Notes: generated by a model from the letters alone, not told the origin. A DNA stretch of 64,000 nt from Gammaproteobacteria bacterium (GCA_021773195.1 JAJFKN010000004.1:8605-72604), one strand, 5' to 3'. Positions 10,014 through 20,722 are shown, counted from the stretch's first letter. Numbers and translations: made by a program.

Positions 10014-10379
10014 ATGATTGCAAGCAAGAATAAATGGCAAGGTTTTAGCCTTTTTGAAGTATTGATTGCCTTAAGCATAGTCACCATAGCTTTACTAGGG
10101 CTAGGTCGATGGTTCACTTTAGCCTATCAAGGGGCGAGTGAAACTCAGTATCAAGCCATGGCCTGGCAGCAGTTGGCTAATATGGCTGAGGATACTTTAC
10201 AGGGTGATGCCATGGGGCAAACTCAATGGAACCAAGCAAACAAGCGACTTTTGCCCCAAGGGCAAGGACGCTACTGGGAAACGCCTGAAGAAAGTGGGGT
10301 GAGCATCACTTGGTTGTCTACTATTAATAAATCCGACTCCTTAAATGAAATGGCATTAAGCCTACCCGGTAACAAATAG
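10014..10379 (+). CDS. pilV: Type IV pilus minor pilin, PilV-like
   Basis: Class III prepilin signal QG|FSLFEVLIALSIVTIALLGL; first of three prepilin-like genes. Confidence 0.75.
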   Translation: MIASKNKWQGFSLFEVLIALSIVTIALLGLGRWFTLAYQGASETQYQAMAWQQLANMAEDTLQGDAMGQTQWNQANKRLLPQGQGRYWETPEESGVSITWLSTINKSDSLNEMALSLPGNK

Positions 10380-10404
10380 CCGATCCCTCTATGGAGTTGG
10401 GACA

Positions 10405-11361
10405 ATGAAAAAAACCACATTAGGTTTTAGTCTATTAGAATGCTTATTGGCTTTGGCCTTAGGTGCTGTAGTAATATTAATGTTGTGTACCCTGTATACA
10501 ACGAATAATAGACTCACAAATTATTTAAATGCCGCGGCAATTTTTCAAGAGCAAGGGCGTTTTCTTAGTTATTATTTACCACAACAATTCATGCCCGCCG
10601 GTTATTTGGGCTGTGTGACTTTGCGCGATAATATCCATAATATTCCCAGTCATTCACTTTTAGCCAAGGGTCAGTTTATCGAAGGATATACAGCATTGGG
10701 TTCACGCTGGGCACCTGCTTTGCCTAAAGTTTTACAGGGGAAAACAATACCCGGAAGTGATGTCGTCACCCTCGCTGGAATGAATACACAGGCACTAGTC
10801 AGCCCCATTAGGGCAATGAATAAACGTGATGAAATATGGCTGCCCATGAAAGAATCCTATAGGCTTGGTGAAGAGTTGTTAATTAGTGATTGTCAAAGTG
10901 TAGATAGATTAACGATAAAAAGCCTACGTATTTTAAAAAATGGAAAGGGTATGGTTATTATCAGCAACAAAGACCTTTCTCGGCTGTATGCCAAAGATGC
11001 AGAAGTTGCACCTTTAATGGAAAAAACCTTTTTTATTGCCACTACTTCACGTCAAGATATAAGGGGGCAGGCCATTAATGCATTATATACCTTAAATAGT
11101 GATGGAAAGCGTCAAGAAATTTTACCAGGTGTGGTAGGTATGCGACTGGAATATGCTACGGCAACAGGTAGTCAATGGGTTTCAGCCAACGTGGCTTCTC
11201 AGTCATGGTCTAAAGTTCGTTTTCATCTTTTACTAAATAGCATGGAGGTGGGTGATAAAAAGCCAAAATCTTATTACTTTTTTCATCAATTTCATTTTAA
11301 TGATGATGGTAAGTTTTATAAAGAATGGGTGGTTGATGTTGCTCTAAGAGAGTCCTTATGA
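10405..11361 (+). CDS. pilW: Type IV pilus minor pilin, PilW-like
   Basis: LG|FSLLECLLALALG prepilin motif, AGYLGC, LLISDC, QEILPGV.GMRLEY C-terminal pattern typical of PilW. Confidence 0.75.
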   Translation: MKKTTLGFSLLECLLALALGAVVILMLCTLYTTNNRLTNYLNAAAIFQEQGRFLSYYLPQQFMPAGYLGCVTLRDNIHNIPSHSLLAKGQFIEGYTALGSRWAPALPKVLQGKTIPGSDVVTLAGMNTQALVSPIRAMNKRDEIWLPMKESYRLGEELLISDCQSVDRLTIKSLRILKNGKGMVIISNKDLSRLYAKDAEVAPLMEKTFFIATTSRQDIRGQAINALYTLNSDGKRQEILPGVVGMRLEYATATGSQWVSANVASQSWSKVRFHLLLNSMEVGDKKPKSYYFFHQFHFNDDGKFYKEWVVDVALRESL

Positions 11362-11813
11362 TGCGAGGATTTGTGTTGATTACAGCATTACTATTTTTAT
11401 TGATCATTTCCATTTTTTTGGTTAGCGGCATGCAGTCAGTAATTTTGCAAAATAAAATGAATCAACATTTAGACCTGCATTATCGAAACTTATATAATAG
11501 TCAACGCGCTTTTCATTTGCTAAAGGAAAACCATGAAAAAACCTGTTTTCGGCCCCTAAAAGGCGTGGATTATTATCTTGCAAAAGGCAAAAAGTGGTGG
11601 CTATCTCAGGCAGTTTGTCATTTACATTTTTCTCAAGGAGAAGTTGCTTTTGTAATAGAACCCTTATTTAGTTCTATGGATAAAGTTTGCTTGCGCTTCG
11701 ACTTGTATGCTTATGATCAGGGCGCAGCCTCGCGCTTTCAAATGGATGATTGTTATGTGCATGATAAAGAGACTGAAGAAATTATCACTTCGGGTTGGCG
11801 CAACCAGCGCTGA
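11358..11813 (+). CDS. pilX: Type IV pilus assembly protein, PilX-like
   Basis: RG|FVLITALLFLLIISIF with no Glu5, as is typical of PilX; overlaps the pilW stop. Confidence 0.65.
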   Translation: MMRGFVLITALLFLLIISIFLVSGMQSVILQNKMNQHLDLHYRNLYNSQRAFHLLKENHEKTCFRPLKGVDYYLAKGKKWWLSQAVCHLHFSQGEVAFVIEPLFSSMDKVCLRFDLYAYDQGAASRFQMDDCYVHDKETEEIITSGWRNQR

Positions 11814-11844
11814 TTATGCAGAGCATTATCAGGGTTTGATAGAA

Positions 11845-13242
11845 CTATTGCTTTTTAAATACTACGCGTACTTCTAAACCTTGCCCACCGCTTGGCTGTG
11901 ATAATTTTACTTTCGCGCCATGCAAGCCTGCAATTTGCTGAACGATTGCTAATCCCAATCCACTGCCTGGACTTTGATTGCCCAGAATGCGATAAAAACG
12001 TTCAAAAACTCTAGCGCGTAATTCAGAAGGGATACCTGGCCCATTATCAATAACTTTCAGAATGATCTGTTTACGGGTTTCTTCTATTATGGTATGCACT
12101 TCACTGCCCTTAGGTGTATAACGAATAGCGTTATCCACAAGGTTGCGGATTAACACACTCAATGCTGTGGTATTACCGCGCACATAACTGATTTGTTCTG
12201 GGGCTTGCAAGTCAATTTGAATATTCTTTTCCATGGCGCAGGGAATGAGTAGAGTAATTACTTCCCGGGCTAAGTTAGCTAAGTTTACGTTTTTTGAATT
12301 TTCCATGGTGGCTTCTGGCACTAAGCGGCTCAGAGTTAATAGTTGTTGCATAACGTGGGTTGCCCTATCTACACCGGCAATGAGATTTTGTAAGGCATGT
12401 TGACGTTCATTTTCATCTTTAGCCCGCATGGCAATTTGTGCTTGGGTCTTCAATGCTGCCAAGGGCGTTCTTAATTCATGTGCGGCATCGGCTGCAAAAC
12501 GTTTTTCACGCTCGAAGGCTTCTTTTAAGCGGGAAAACAATCGATTTAGTTCATCGACTAAAGGTTGAATTTCTAAGGGAACCGATTGCAGATCCACAGG
12601 CTCTAAATAAGTGGGAGCTCGTTGTGAAACTTCTGTTGCTACTCGTCGGATAGTATTTAAACCTTTGCCCACAATAATCCAAATAAGTAATGCGAGCAGC
12701 GGACTAGTGAGCAATACAATGAAAATGTAATCCTGGGACAGGCGTTGTTCCAGCTTAGCGCGAGTCGTGTAACTGATTGCAACCACGATACTCATGCCTG
12801 TTTTATGATTATAGATGGTAAATACGCGCCAGTGCTTACCCTTTATGCTTTTATTGCTAAAACCATCTTTACCATCAGATAAAGGCATGGCGGGGGCATT
12901 TTTTGAATGTAGAAGCAAGTGGCCTTGATTATCCCAAACTTGGAATTGAAAATTTTCTTCTTCGTAGGTCGGGCTTGCATATCCGGTGATGTAGTGAAAA
13001 AGCTTTTTATAATTTTCAGGGATGTTAGTTATATCTTCCTGCATTCTAGGGTAGTTTGCTTGGTTGACATTATTATTCAATAGAGACTGAAATAACAGGG
13101 AGGTTTTTACTAATTCAGAATCTGTATGCCGCTGTATATCTTTATGTTCTAGCAACATGCTACCTAAAATGGCTAATCCTGTGATGATTACTAGGCTAAG
13201 CAATAAATTAAAGATTAAAAATTTACGAATGGAGCGGGTCAT
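11845..13242 (-). CDS. pmrB: Sensor histidine kinase, PmrB/QseC-like
   Basis: Two TM segments, periplasmic FQVWD...GKHWRVF domain, H-box DAAHELRTPL, NLVDNAIRY, DNGPG, GSGLGLAI. Confidence 0.88.
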   Translation of the reverse strand: MTRSIRKFLIFNLLLSLVIITGLAILGSMLLEHKDIQRHTDSELVKTSLLFQSLLNNNVNQANYPRMQEDITNIPENYKKLFHYITGYASPTYEEENFQFQVWDNQGHLLLHSKNAPAMPLSDGKDGFSNKSIKGKHWRVFTIYNHKTGMSIVVAISYTTRAKLEQRLSQDYIFIVLLTSPLLALLIWIIVGKGLNTIRRVATEVSQRAPTYLEPVDLQSVPLEIQPLVDELNRLFSRLKEAFEREKRFAADAAHELRTPLAALKTQAQIAMRAKDENERQHALQNLIAGVDRATHVMQQLLTLSRLVPEATMENSKNVNLANLAREVITLLIPCAMEKNIQIDLQAPEQISYVRGNTTALSVLIRNLVDNAIRYTPKGSEVHTIIEETRKQIILKVIDNGPGIPSELRARVFERFYRILGNQSPGSGLGLAIVQQIAGLHGAKVKLSQPSGGQGLEVRVVFKKQ

Positions 13243-13922
13243 TAATTATCATCCGTTGTTGAACTTTCCTTTTCAATCATATAACCGATACCGCGTATGG
13301 TGCGTATGAGCTTAGTTCCAAGCTTTTTACGTAGATTATGAATATGTACTTCTAAAGCATTACTGTCGATTTCATCACCCCAACCATAAAGCGTCTGGGC
13401 TAACTGTTCGCGAGAGTGTACGCGCCCAGCGTTCTGCAATAATTTATGCAATAGGGCAAATTCCCGGCGTGACATATTGACTAGGTTGCCATCCAAGGTA
13501 ACCGTATGGGATGCTGTATCCAATTTGATATTTTGATAGTTAATAATATGAGTGGTTTGCGAGCTGGTGCGACGTTGTAAGGCCCGCAAACGTGCATAGA
13601 GCTCGTCTAAATCGAAGGGTTTTGTGAGGTAGTCATCAGCGCCACTGTCTAAACCACGAATGCGATCCTCTACGGTATCACGTGCAGTTAAAATAAGGAC
13701 GGGAGTTTGTGAACCGCGGCTGCGTAGATCCGCTAAAACATTCAAACCGGACATGCGCGGTAAACCTATATCCAAAATAATTAAGTCGAAATGTTCTGTT
13801 TGTAGTGCTTGGGCGGCTTCGCGACCATCGCGCAACCAATCCACAGTATAACCTTCCTGTTGAAGGCCTGTGTGGACGCCGTCACCTAGTAGTTCATCAT
13901 CTTCGACAAGTAAAACTCGCAT
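13242..13922 (-). CDS. pmrA: OmpR-family response regulator, PmrA/QseB-like
   Basis: MRVLLVEDDELLGD, LDIGLP, KPFDLDEL, DSNALEVHIHNLRKKL, IRTIRGIGY; resembles Legionella/Coxiella PmrA as recalled (not aligned). Confidence 0.88.
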   Translation of the reverse strand: MRVLLVEDDELLGDGVHTGLQQEGYTVDWLRDGREAAQALQTEHFDLIILDIGLPRMSGLNVLADLRSRGSQTPVLILTARDTVEDRIRGLDSGADDYLTKPFDLDELYARLRALQRRTSSQTTHIINYQNIKLDTASHTVTLDGNLVNMSRREFALLHKLLQNAGRVHSREQLAQTLYGWGDEIDSNALEVHIHNLRKKLGTKLIRTIRGIGYMIEKESSTTDDN

Positions 13923-13963
13923 GGACTTCTTTCTTTCACCCTATATAACAGTCCTATGATAGA

Positions 13964-14737
13964 CTATTTTTCGTCCATTGTAACCTCTTTTCCGCCCTTA
14001 GGGGCGTCCTTTGGGTTGGCTAAAATTTGTAAGGGCAGGAAGAGATCTTGCATGGTGGTGTTTTGAATAAAGGATATATTATAGGGATGTTCTGCCTTAA
14101 TGCGTTTGAAAGCATTTTCGGGTAGATAGCTTTCTAGGGTTTTGGCAAGATTTCCTAACAAAATCAATTGAATATGGGGTTTTACTTGCGCCAAGTCCTG
14201 TAAAAGTGTTTCCATAAAAGGGCGCCAAGCTCGAACTTCTTTGGGCACGGGCCCTTGGCTGAGCACTAGGGACGCATTGAGTAATAAAAAGCCGTTTCCT
14301 ATGAGATTCCCAAACAACTCAGGCAAGGTTTGAACAAATTCTGTTTTATCTAGGCGGGCAATGGCTTCCTGTGATGTATTGTCACGTGCCAGATAACCAT
14401 GAGTCACTAATAGCATTTTGATGAGATTTCGCAAAGAAGTAGCGCGATTTACGGTCTTACTGAGACCTTTTTCATGCCAGATATCCGTTACTCGACCATC
14501 CCAGAAGGCATAGCCAATAGCCGATTCCGCTCGAGGGTAGGGGGATTCACCGAATAAGATATACTGTACCTTATCCAGTGGCTCCTGGAAGGCATTAAAA
14601 ATTTTTTCTGGGCCAGGTAACCATTTAGGGTCTTGTTCTAAAGCCTGAAGATAAGTAGGATGCATAGAGGATAGTGCCCTGGTGACTAAGGGTTGCCAGC
14701 TTGGGTGGATCTGTTTGGTGGGTAGTGGCATGAGCAC
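13964..14737 (-). CDS. Uracil-DNA glycosylase-like protein (divergent, family-1-related)
   Basis: GESPYP (cf. GQDPY), LLLNASL, LILLG and EHPYN (cf. HPSP) motifs. Confidence 0.7.
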   Translation of the reverse strand: MLMPLPTKQIHPSWQPLVTRALSSMHPTYLQALEQDPKWLPGPEKIFNAFQEPLDKVQYILFGESPYPRAESAIGYAFWDGRVTDIWHEKGLSKTVNRATSLRNLIKMLLVTHGYLARDNTSQEAIARLDKTEFVQTLPELFGNLIGNGFLLLNASLVLSQGPVPKEVRAWRPFMETLLQDLAQVKPHIQLILLGNLAKTLESYLPENAFKRIKAEHPYNISFIQNTTMQDLFLPLQILANPKDAPKGGKEVTMDEK

Positions 14738-14766
14738 TCCTTATAAATTGATAGAAAGAGGTTATC

Positions 14767-14952
14767 ATGGACAAGCATCTTTTAGAAATTATGGTTTGCC
14801 CCCTTTGTAAAGGTGAGCTTCAATATAAAAAAGAATCTAAAGAGCTCATTTGTGCCTTTGACAGGTTAGCTTATCCGGTGCGGGACGACATACCCGTAAT
14901 GTTAGAATCCGAAGCACGTATTATTCCTGTGGAAGAACTCGACGATGATTGA
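14767..14952 (+). CDS. ycaR: Trm112/YcaR-family protein
   Basis: [14 protein letters not shown]...[13 protein letters not shown]; canonical position before kdsB. Confidence 0.92.
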   Translation: MDKHLLEIMVCPLCKGELQYKKESKELICAFDRLAYPVRDDIPVMLESEARIIPVEELDDD

Positions 14953-15706
14953 TTTTCATATTGTGATCCCAGCGCGCTATGAATCCAGCCGTTTGCCGGG
15001 AAAGGCACTCATGGATATCCAAGGTAAACCCATGTTGCAGCATGTGTACGAGCGGGCTTTGCACAGTGGGGCCAAATCCGTACTCATTGCTACAGATGAT
15101 CAACGGATTGAGGAAGCCGCCAATGCCTTTACGGATCAGGTGATGATGACATCAGCTGCACACCCTACAGGTACGGATCGCTTGGCGGAAGTCTTAACTC
15201 GCGGTGATTACAATGACCATGATATTGTGGTGAATGTGCAGGGTGATGAACCTATGATCCCTCCAGGGAACATTAATCAAGTGGCTATGGATTTAGCCGC
15301 TCACCCAGAAGCTCAGGTATCAACTCTTTATCAGCCTATTGATACTCTGGAAAAAGTATTTGATCCTAATGTGGTGAAGATAGTTATGGATAAAGCGGGC
15401 TATGCTTTATATTTCAGTCGAGCCCCCATTCCTTGGCATCGAGGGGTGTTTGGTAAGTCTGGGCAAGAGACGGTTTCATTGGCCACGGATTATTGTTGGC
15501 ATATTGGTTTGTATGCTTATCGTGTGGATTTCGTTAAAGACTATGTTACTAAGTCTGCAGCGCCCATGGAAAAAGTAGAGTCCTTAGAACAGTTACGAGT
15601 TCTTTGGCATGGCGGTAAAATTCATGTGACGCAAGCCCAAGAAAAATGCCCCCAGGATGTCAACACCCTGGAGGATTTAGAAGCACTGCGGCAAAAGCTT
15701 AGGTAA
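14945..15706 (+). CDS. kdsB: 3-deoxy-manno-octulosonate cytidylyltransferase
   Basis: [45 protein letters not shown] motifs. Confidence 0.96.
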   Translation: MIDFHIVIPARYESSRLPGKALMDIQGKPMLQHVYERALHSGAKSVLIATDDQRIEEAANAFTDQVMMTSAAHPTGTDRLAEVLTRGDYNDHDIVVNVQGDEPMIPPGNINQVAMDLAAHPEAQVSTLYQPIDTLEKVFDPNVVKIVMDKAGYALYFSRAPIPWHRGVFGKSGQETVSLATDYCWHIGLYAYRVDFVKDYVTKSAAPMEKVESLEQLRVLWHGGKIHVTQAQEKCPQDVNTLEDLEALRQKLR

Positions 15707-15728
15707 GGGCCGCAGCGCGCCCATTGAG

Positions 15729-18446
15729 TTAAGATTCCTTTTCGCCATTCTCAGGCAATGACTTCTTATTATTTTTCTTTTCATCGGAAGGTGAACCGAG
15801 GGAAATAACAATTTCAGGTTCGGCCTTTTGTGATTCCTGTCCTCTATCTTGAGATTGAGATGGTTTACGCTCCCGTTCCTCACCTTCAGCGCCTTGGCGA
15901 CGACGTTGGTGACTGCGATATTGATGGCGCACCCCACCTTGGCGTGGTTCTCGGTTAGCATTTGATGTTTCAGTGTTACCGCTATTGTCCTGGCTGGACT
16001 CTGAAGAATCTGCAGAAGAGGATTCACTGTTACGCTCTTGGGATCCACGTCGGTTGCCCCGTCTCAAATGCCCAGCGCGGGATTGATGGCGTTGCTGTCT
16101 TTCTTCACCCCTGGCTTCGTTAGAGGGTGTTGCTGCTGAGGGTGTTGCTGCTGAGGGTGTTTGGGATGTTGGACTTTCACCAAATTTGTTTTCTCGTCGA
16201 TCAGCCGATTGTCGCGCATTCTTCTGTGCCGGTTGTTTCACTGGCGCCGCGCTTGGGGTTGGAGTTTGAATGGCCTTAGTATCATCTGCGTCGTTACGAC
16301 GGGGCTCGTTACGCCGAGATTCGTTACGACGTGACTCGTTACGCCGAGGTTCGTTACGAGAGGCTTCACTGTGGTGTGTTTCACTACGATGCTGAGAAGA
16401 AGGCGGCTTTTGCCTTTCTTGGTTTTGCTGTCCTTCATCACGGCGCTGTTGCTGACCTTGGCGCCTCTGTTGACCTTGTCGTCCTTGGCGTTGTCCCTGT
16501 TGCCTGTGACCCTGTTGTTGACCTTCCTGGGCTCTGCCTTCACCACTGCGGGCTCGACCTTCGCCACTACTTTGGGTTCTGCCTTCATTGCGGCGCTGTC
16601 CTTGCTGACCTTGAGGTTTACGTCGCTGTTGACCTTGAGAAGAACTTTGATTTCGATGTTTGCCACCACCGGCACCACGAGATTGCTGGCCACCACGACG
16701 TTGTTGGGTCGGGCGCCGCTGCGTGTTGGGTTGCTTGGGTTCACCGCTTGTCGCACTGCTGGATGATTCGCTAGCACCAAACAATTGATTTAATAGACGT
16801 TTGAACACACCCTTCGTGCGAGCGTTAGGCTTGGGTACATTGGGTATATCTCTTACAGCAGGCTTTTCTAATTGTGGGCGTTGTTCTGTTATGGTTTTTT
16901 GCTCTTCCTGCTCCTGAAGAACTGCTTGTTTATAGCTGGCTGAGTCGCCGCCGTCATCTTTTTCATCGGTTACCCGTTCAATTTGATAATGAGGGGTTTC
17001 CATATATTGATTAGGGATGATGATGATTTTAACGCCGTGATTGGTTTCCAGCTGGTGAATATCATCGCGTTTTTCATTCAAGAGGAAAGTGCCGATGCTC
17101 ACGGGCACCACAACGCGAATACGCACGTTATGCTTCCAGGCTTGTTTATCCTTCATGGCTTCTTCTTGAATCAAGCGAATGATCGAGAAACCGAGGGATT
17201 CAACACCACGAATATAACCTTGGCCCGTACAACGGGGGCAGACGTCTGTATTGGATTCGCCTAAAGAAGGGCGTAAGCGCTGGCGAGACATCTCTAAAAG
17301 GCCAAAACGGGAAATGCGACCAATTTGTACTCGGGCGCGATCCATACGCAAGGCATCACGTAGGCGATTTTCCACCTCACGTTGATTTCGAATAGGGGAC
17401 ATATCGATAAAATCGATAACAACTAAACCACCCAAATCCCGCAGTCTCAATTGACGAGCCACTTCGTCAGCGGCTTCGAGATTGGTGTTAAGAGCTGTTT
17501 CTTCAATGTCACCACCTTTGGTGGCTTTTGAAGAGTTAATATCAACGGACAATAGGGCTTCGGTATGATCAATGACGATAGCGCCGCCCGACGGTAAACG
17601 GACTTCCCGTTGGAAAGCTGACTCGATTTGCTTTTCAATTTGGAAGCGGCTGAATAGGGGGGCTTCACCCGTATACAGCTTGACTCGCTCCACAAAATCG
17701 GGGCGAATCTGTTTCACATGGTGCAAAACTTTAGCATGCACATCGGGGTTATCCACGAGGATTTCAGTAATGCTTTCGCGTAGGTAATCGCGGATGGCAC
17801 GCACGATCACATTACTTTCTTGGTGAATAAGGAAGGGCGCTGGACGATCGCTATAAGCTGTCCGAATGGCTTCCCACTGTTTCAATAGAACATCTAAATC
17901 CCATTGTAATTCTTGAATTTCTTTGCCCACACCGGCTGTGCGTACAATAAGCCCCATGTCTTCAGGGACATTGAGTTGGCTGAGAATGTCACGCATTTCT
18001 GTACGGTCATCGCCCTCGATACGGCGTGAAATGCCTCCGGCACGTGGGTTATTGGGCATAAGCACCAAATAACAGCCAGCCAGGCTGATGAGAGTGGTTA
18101 AAGCTGCGCCTTTGTTGCCGCGTTCTTCTTTATCCACCTGTACCATGACTTCTTGGTTTTCTTTAACCAATTCACGGATTTGAAGGCGTTCATTTTCCCG
18201 CGGTTGTTTTAAAAAATAGTCGGGGCTGATTTCTTTTAGGGGCAAGAAGCCATGGCGATTTCCACCATACTCAACAAAAGCAGCTTCAAGGCTTGGTTCA
18301 ATGCGAGTGATTTTACCCTTGTAGATATTTGCCTTTTTTTGTTCTTGTCCAGGACGTTCGATGTCTAAGTCATAAAGATATTGACCCGTGACTAGGGCCA
18401 CTCGCAACTCTTCAAGTTGAGTTGCATTGATAAGCATTCTGTTCAT
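15729..18446 (-). CDS. rne: Ribonuclease E
   Basis: [10 protein letters not shown] start (GGTGGA upstream; the ORF-track extension to 18518 is likely untranslated); S1 domain, DINS/DFIDM catalytic motifs, CPRC Zn-link, amphipathic [12 protein letters not shown], long R/Q/S-rich disordered tail. Confidence 0.96.
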   Translation of the reverse strand: MNRMLINATQLEELRVALVTGQYLYDLDIERPGQEQKKANIYKGKITRIEPSLEAAFVEYGGNRHGFLPLKEISPDYFLKQPRENERLQIRELVKENQEVMVQVDKEERGNKGAALTTLISLAGCYLVLMPNNPRAGGISRRIEGDDRTEMRDILSQLNVPEDMGLIVRTAGVGKEIQELQWDLDVLLKQWEAIRTAYSDRPAPFLIHQESNVIVRAIRDYLRESITEILVDNPDVHAKVLHHVKQIRPDFVERVKLYTGEAPLFSRFQIEKQIESAFQREVRLPSGGAIVIDHTEALLSVDINSSKATKGGDIEETALNTNLEAADEVARQLRLRDLGGLVVIDFIDMSPIRNQREVENRLRDALRMDRARVQIGRISRFGLLEMSRQRLRPSLGESNTDVCPRCTGQGYIRGVESLGFSIIRLIQEEAMKDKQAWKHNVRIRVVVPVSIGTFLLNEKRDDIHQLETNHGVKIIIIPNQYMETPHYQIERVTDEKDDGGDSASYKQAVLQEQEEQKTITEQRPQLEKPAVRDIPNVPKPNARTKGVFKRLLNQLFGASESSSSATSGEPKQPNTQRRPTQQRRGGQQSRGAGGGKHRNQSSSQGQQRRKPQGQQGQRRNEGRTQSSGEGRARSGEGRAQEGQQQGHRQQGQRQGRQGQQRRQGQQQRRDEGQQNQERQKPPSSQHRSETHHSEASRNEPRRNESRRNESRRNEPRRNDADDTKAIQTPTPSAAPVKQPAQKNARQSADRRENKFGESPTSQTPSAATPSAATPSNEARGEERQQRHQSRAGHLRRGNRRGSQERNSESSSADSSESSQDNSGNTETSNANREPRQGGVRHQYRSHQRRRQGAEGEERERKPSQSQDRGQESQKAEPEIVISLGSPSDEKKNNKKSLPENGEKES
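16123..16161. repeat. 15-bp tandem repeat (~2.6 copies) in rne encoding TPSAA
   Basis: GAGGGTGTTGCTGCT at 16123 and 16138, partial copy at 16153. Confidence 0.9.
16291..16358. repeat. 15-bp-period degenerate repeat (5 copies) in rne encoding RRNE(S/P)
   Basis: TCGTTACG at 16291, 16306, 16321, 16336 and 16351. Confidence 0.9.
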
Positions 18447-18990
18447 ATTCCACCATAATATAGCGGCACCCCGTGGGCCTGGCAGAAGCCTAAGTTCACT
18501 AGTAAGCCACCCTGCCATAGCAGGAGGCTCATGCAGCTGAATTTGTGCAATTGTTATTGTGGTTTTGCACCCATTCAGTGATTCATCGTTAAAAAATTTT
18601 CTGCTGCCAGGTGCTTTGAGCTTTCTGGAGTGGGGCAGAATGTGCCATTAAGTGTTGCGGTAGCATGTAGCATTGTGTCAATGCGCAGGCGTTCGGTACT
18701 TTTGTGCTTCATTCCAACCTTGGAAATTTTTCAGCGGTATGTCTTAAGTAACTTCGGCTCTCCAAAAACTCGGGAGTGCTGATTAAATCTTGTTCAAACT
18801 CCCCAGCTCTAGCATGATAATGTTTTAGCAGGGGATCCACATTCTCGGGGGATTGGCCATTGGCCCTTTGCCCAAAGAATCGTATCAGGATACTATATCA
18901 AGCTTTTCATGAGGAAGAAAGGGCTATGGGGCCAGCGGGGTACCATATAAGCCATTTCTCAAGCTTTACCTATCACCAGGGGAATAAACT

Positions 18991-19947
18991 GTGACAAAGA
19001 TGGCTGTGAGATACGTTACAATTGACAATAATAGTCATGGTCAACGTATTGATAATTATCTAATAAAAGTTCTGAAAGGCGTTCCGCGTAGCTATATCTA
19101 TCGCATTCTGCGTAAAGGTGAGGTGCGGGTCAATAAAAAGCGAATTGCAGCCAGTTATAACCTGTGTGATGGAGATGAAGTACGCATCCCGCCTCTGCGT
19201 ATGAGTGATCCCAAAAATGTGACTCCTTCCCAAGAAATGCGTAAGCGCCTGATGAATAGCATAATTCATGAAGATGAGTCTACCCTGCTCTTGAACAAAC
19301 CCAGTGGATTTGCTGTGCATGGGGGCAGCGGCTTAGCTTATGGGGTGATAGAAGCCCTCAGGGCTATGGAAGAAGGCTGGAGCACCCTGGAATTGGTTCA
19401 TCGCATCGACAGGGAAACCTCAGGTTGTTTGTTATTGGCCAAGACACGTTCAGCTCTATTACACTATCAAGAGCAATTTATAAACAAAGAAGCAAAAAAA
19501 AGCTATTTAGCACTTTTGGTGGGGCGAGTGCCTTTCCAAGAAGAGGTTGTAGAGGTGCCGCTGACTAAATTTACTCGACAATCTGGTGAATATATGGTGA
19601 AACCCGATCCAGAAGGTAAGGAGGCTGAAACCCACTTCCAATTAGTAGAGTATTACGGTGACAATAGTTTGGTCAGGTGTATGCCCATTACGGGGCGCAC
19701 TCATCAAATTCGTGTGCATGGGCAGTATCTGGGTTTTCCCTTGGCTGGTGACAGTAAATATGGGAAAAAAGACGCTAATAAATTACTTAAGAAAAATGGC
19801 CTAACCAGATTGTTTCTACACGCAAAATCCTTGGATATACCTTCCCTGGAAGGTCCCCCCCAGCATTTTAAAGCGCCCATGCCAGAAGACTTGACTCAAG
19901 CCCTAGAGAACATAGCGGCATGCTCTAGGGAGGTGCCAGACGAATGA
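18991..19947 (+). CDS. rluC: 23S rRNA pseudouridine synthase RluC
   Basis: S4 domain (GQRIDNYL...RKGEVRVN), NKPSGFAVHGG, HRIDRETSG, TGRTHQIRVH; divergent from rne. Confidence 0.95.
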   Translation: MTKMAVRYVTIDNNSHGQRIDNYLIKVLKGVPRSYIYRILRKGEVRVNKKRIAASYNLCDGDEVRIPPLRMSDPKNVTPSQEMRKRLMNSIIHEDESTLLLNKPSGFAVHGGSGLAYGVIEALRAMEEGWSTLELVHRIDRETSGCLLLAKTRSALLHYQEQFINKEAKKSYLALLVGRVPFQEEVVEVPLTKFTRQSGEYMVKPDPEGKEAETHFQLVEYYGDNSLVRCMPITGRTHQIRVHGQYLGFPLAGDSKYGKKDANKLLKKNGLTRLFLHAKSLDIPSLEGPPQHFKAPMPEDLTQALENIAACSREVPDE

Positions 19948-19961
19948 ACAGTATCAACCTT

Positions 19962-19990
19962 TTGACAGTTAGGGCTGTACAGGATAGAAT
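19962..19990 (+). promoter_or_regulatory. Sigma70 promoter for the yceD-rpmF-plsX-fab region
   Basis: TTGACA (19962-67), 17-nt spacer, TAGAAT (19985-90). Confidence 0.75.
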
Positions 19991-19999
19991 CCGCTCCCT

Positions 20000-20503
20000 A
20001 TGACGGATGTATTCAGTAGGGCTTTAGACCCTTTCAAGCACGCTCGCGATGGTATATGCCTAGAGGGCACAATACCTTTAGCGAAGCTCCCTCGGGTAGC
20101 TGCTGAATTGCTTGAGCCAATGGGTGACGCTTTTGCTAAGTTGCAATTTGCTGTAGATCAGGATGGCAAGGCATACATCGAAGGACGGGTAAAAGCATCA
20201 TTAGCCCTGACTTGTCAGCGCTGTTTACAACCATTTGATTGGTCCGTAGACAGTGTTTTCAAAGTAAGTCCTGTAAAGAATACCGAGGAAGCTGAAAAGC
20301 TGCCTGCACCCTACGAGCCTGTGATGTTACAGGAAGGGTACGTGGATTTGCGAAGGCTCATCGAGGATGAGATTGTTTTAAATTTGCCCATGGTAGCGCA
20401 CCATGAACCAGAAGAGTGTGCTGTCCAAATGGGCGATTATGAGGAGCGTAAGCCGAAACCTTTCGCAGCATTAGCCTCATTGAAGAAAAAGATTACTGAT
20501 TAA
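20000..20503 (+). CDS. yceD: YceD/DUF177 family protein
   Basis: [35 protein letters not shown]; precedes rpmF. Confidence 0.92.
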   Translation: MTDVFSRALDPFKHARDGICLEGTIPLAKLPRVAAELLEPMGDAFAKLQFAVDQDGKAYIEGRVKASLALTCQRCLQPFDWSVDSVFKVSPVKNTEEAEKLPAPYEPVMLQEGYVDLRRLIEDEIVLNLPMVAHHEPEECAVQMGDYEERKPKPFAALASLKKKITD

Positions 20504-20514
20504 GGAGTAATACA

Positions 20515-20718
20515 ATGGCCGTACAACAGAACCGTAAAACCCGCTCTAAGCGTGATATGCGCCGTTCCCATGATCATTTAACGGGCCCCACGCTATCCGT
20601 GGAGTCTGAAACTGGTGAAACCCACCGTCGTCATCACATCAGTGCTGATGGTTTTTATCGTGGTCGCCAGGTAGTGGCAAAAGACCAATTTGGCGTCGAG
20701 GACAATGACGAGGAATAG
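20515..20718 (+). CDS. rpmF: 50S ribosomal protein L32
   Basis: [19 protein letters not shown]...[15 protein letters not shown]; RBS AAGGAG. Confidence 0.97.
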   Translation: MAVQQNRKTRSKRDMRRSHDHLTGPTLSVESETGETHRRHHISADGFYRGRQVVAKDQFGVEDNDEE

Positions 20719-20722
20719 CTGA

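Noticed and set aside
16238-16780. Overlapping ORFs 16238-16780, 16331-16774 and 16371-16766
   Set aside because: Shadow frames of the low-complexity RNase E tail, with no recognisable motifs.
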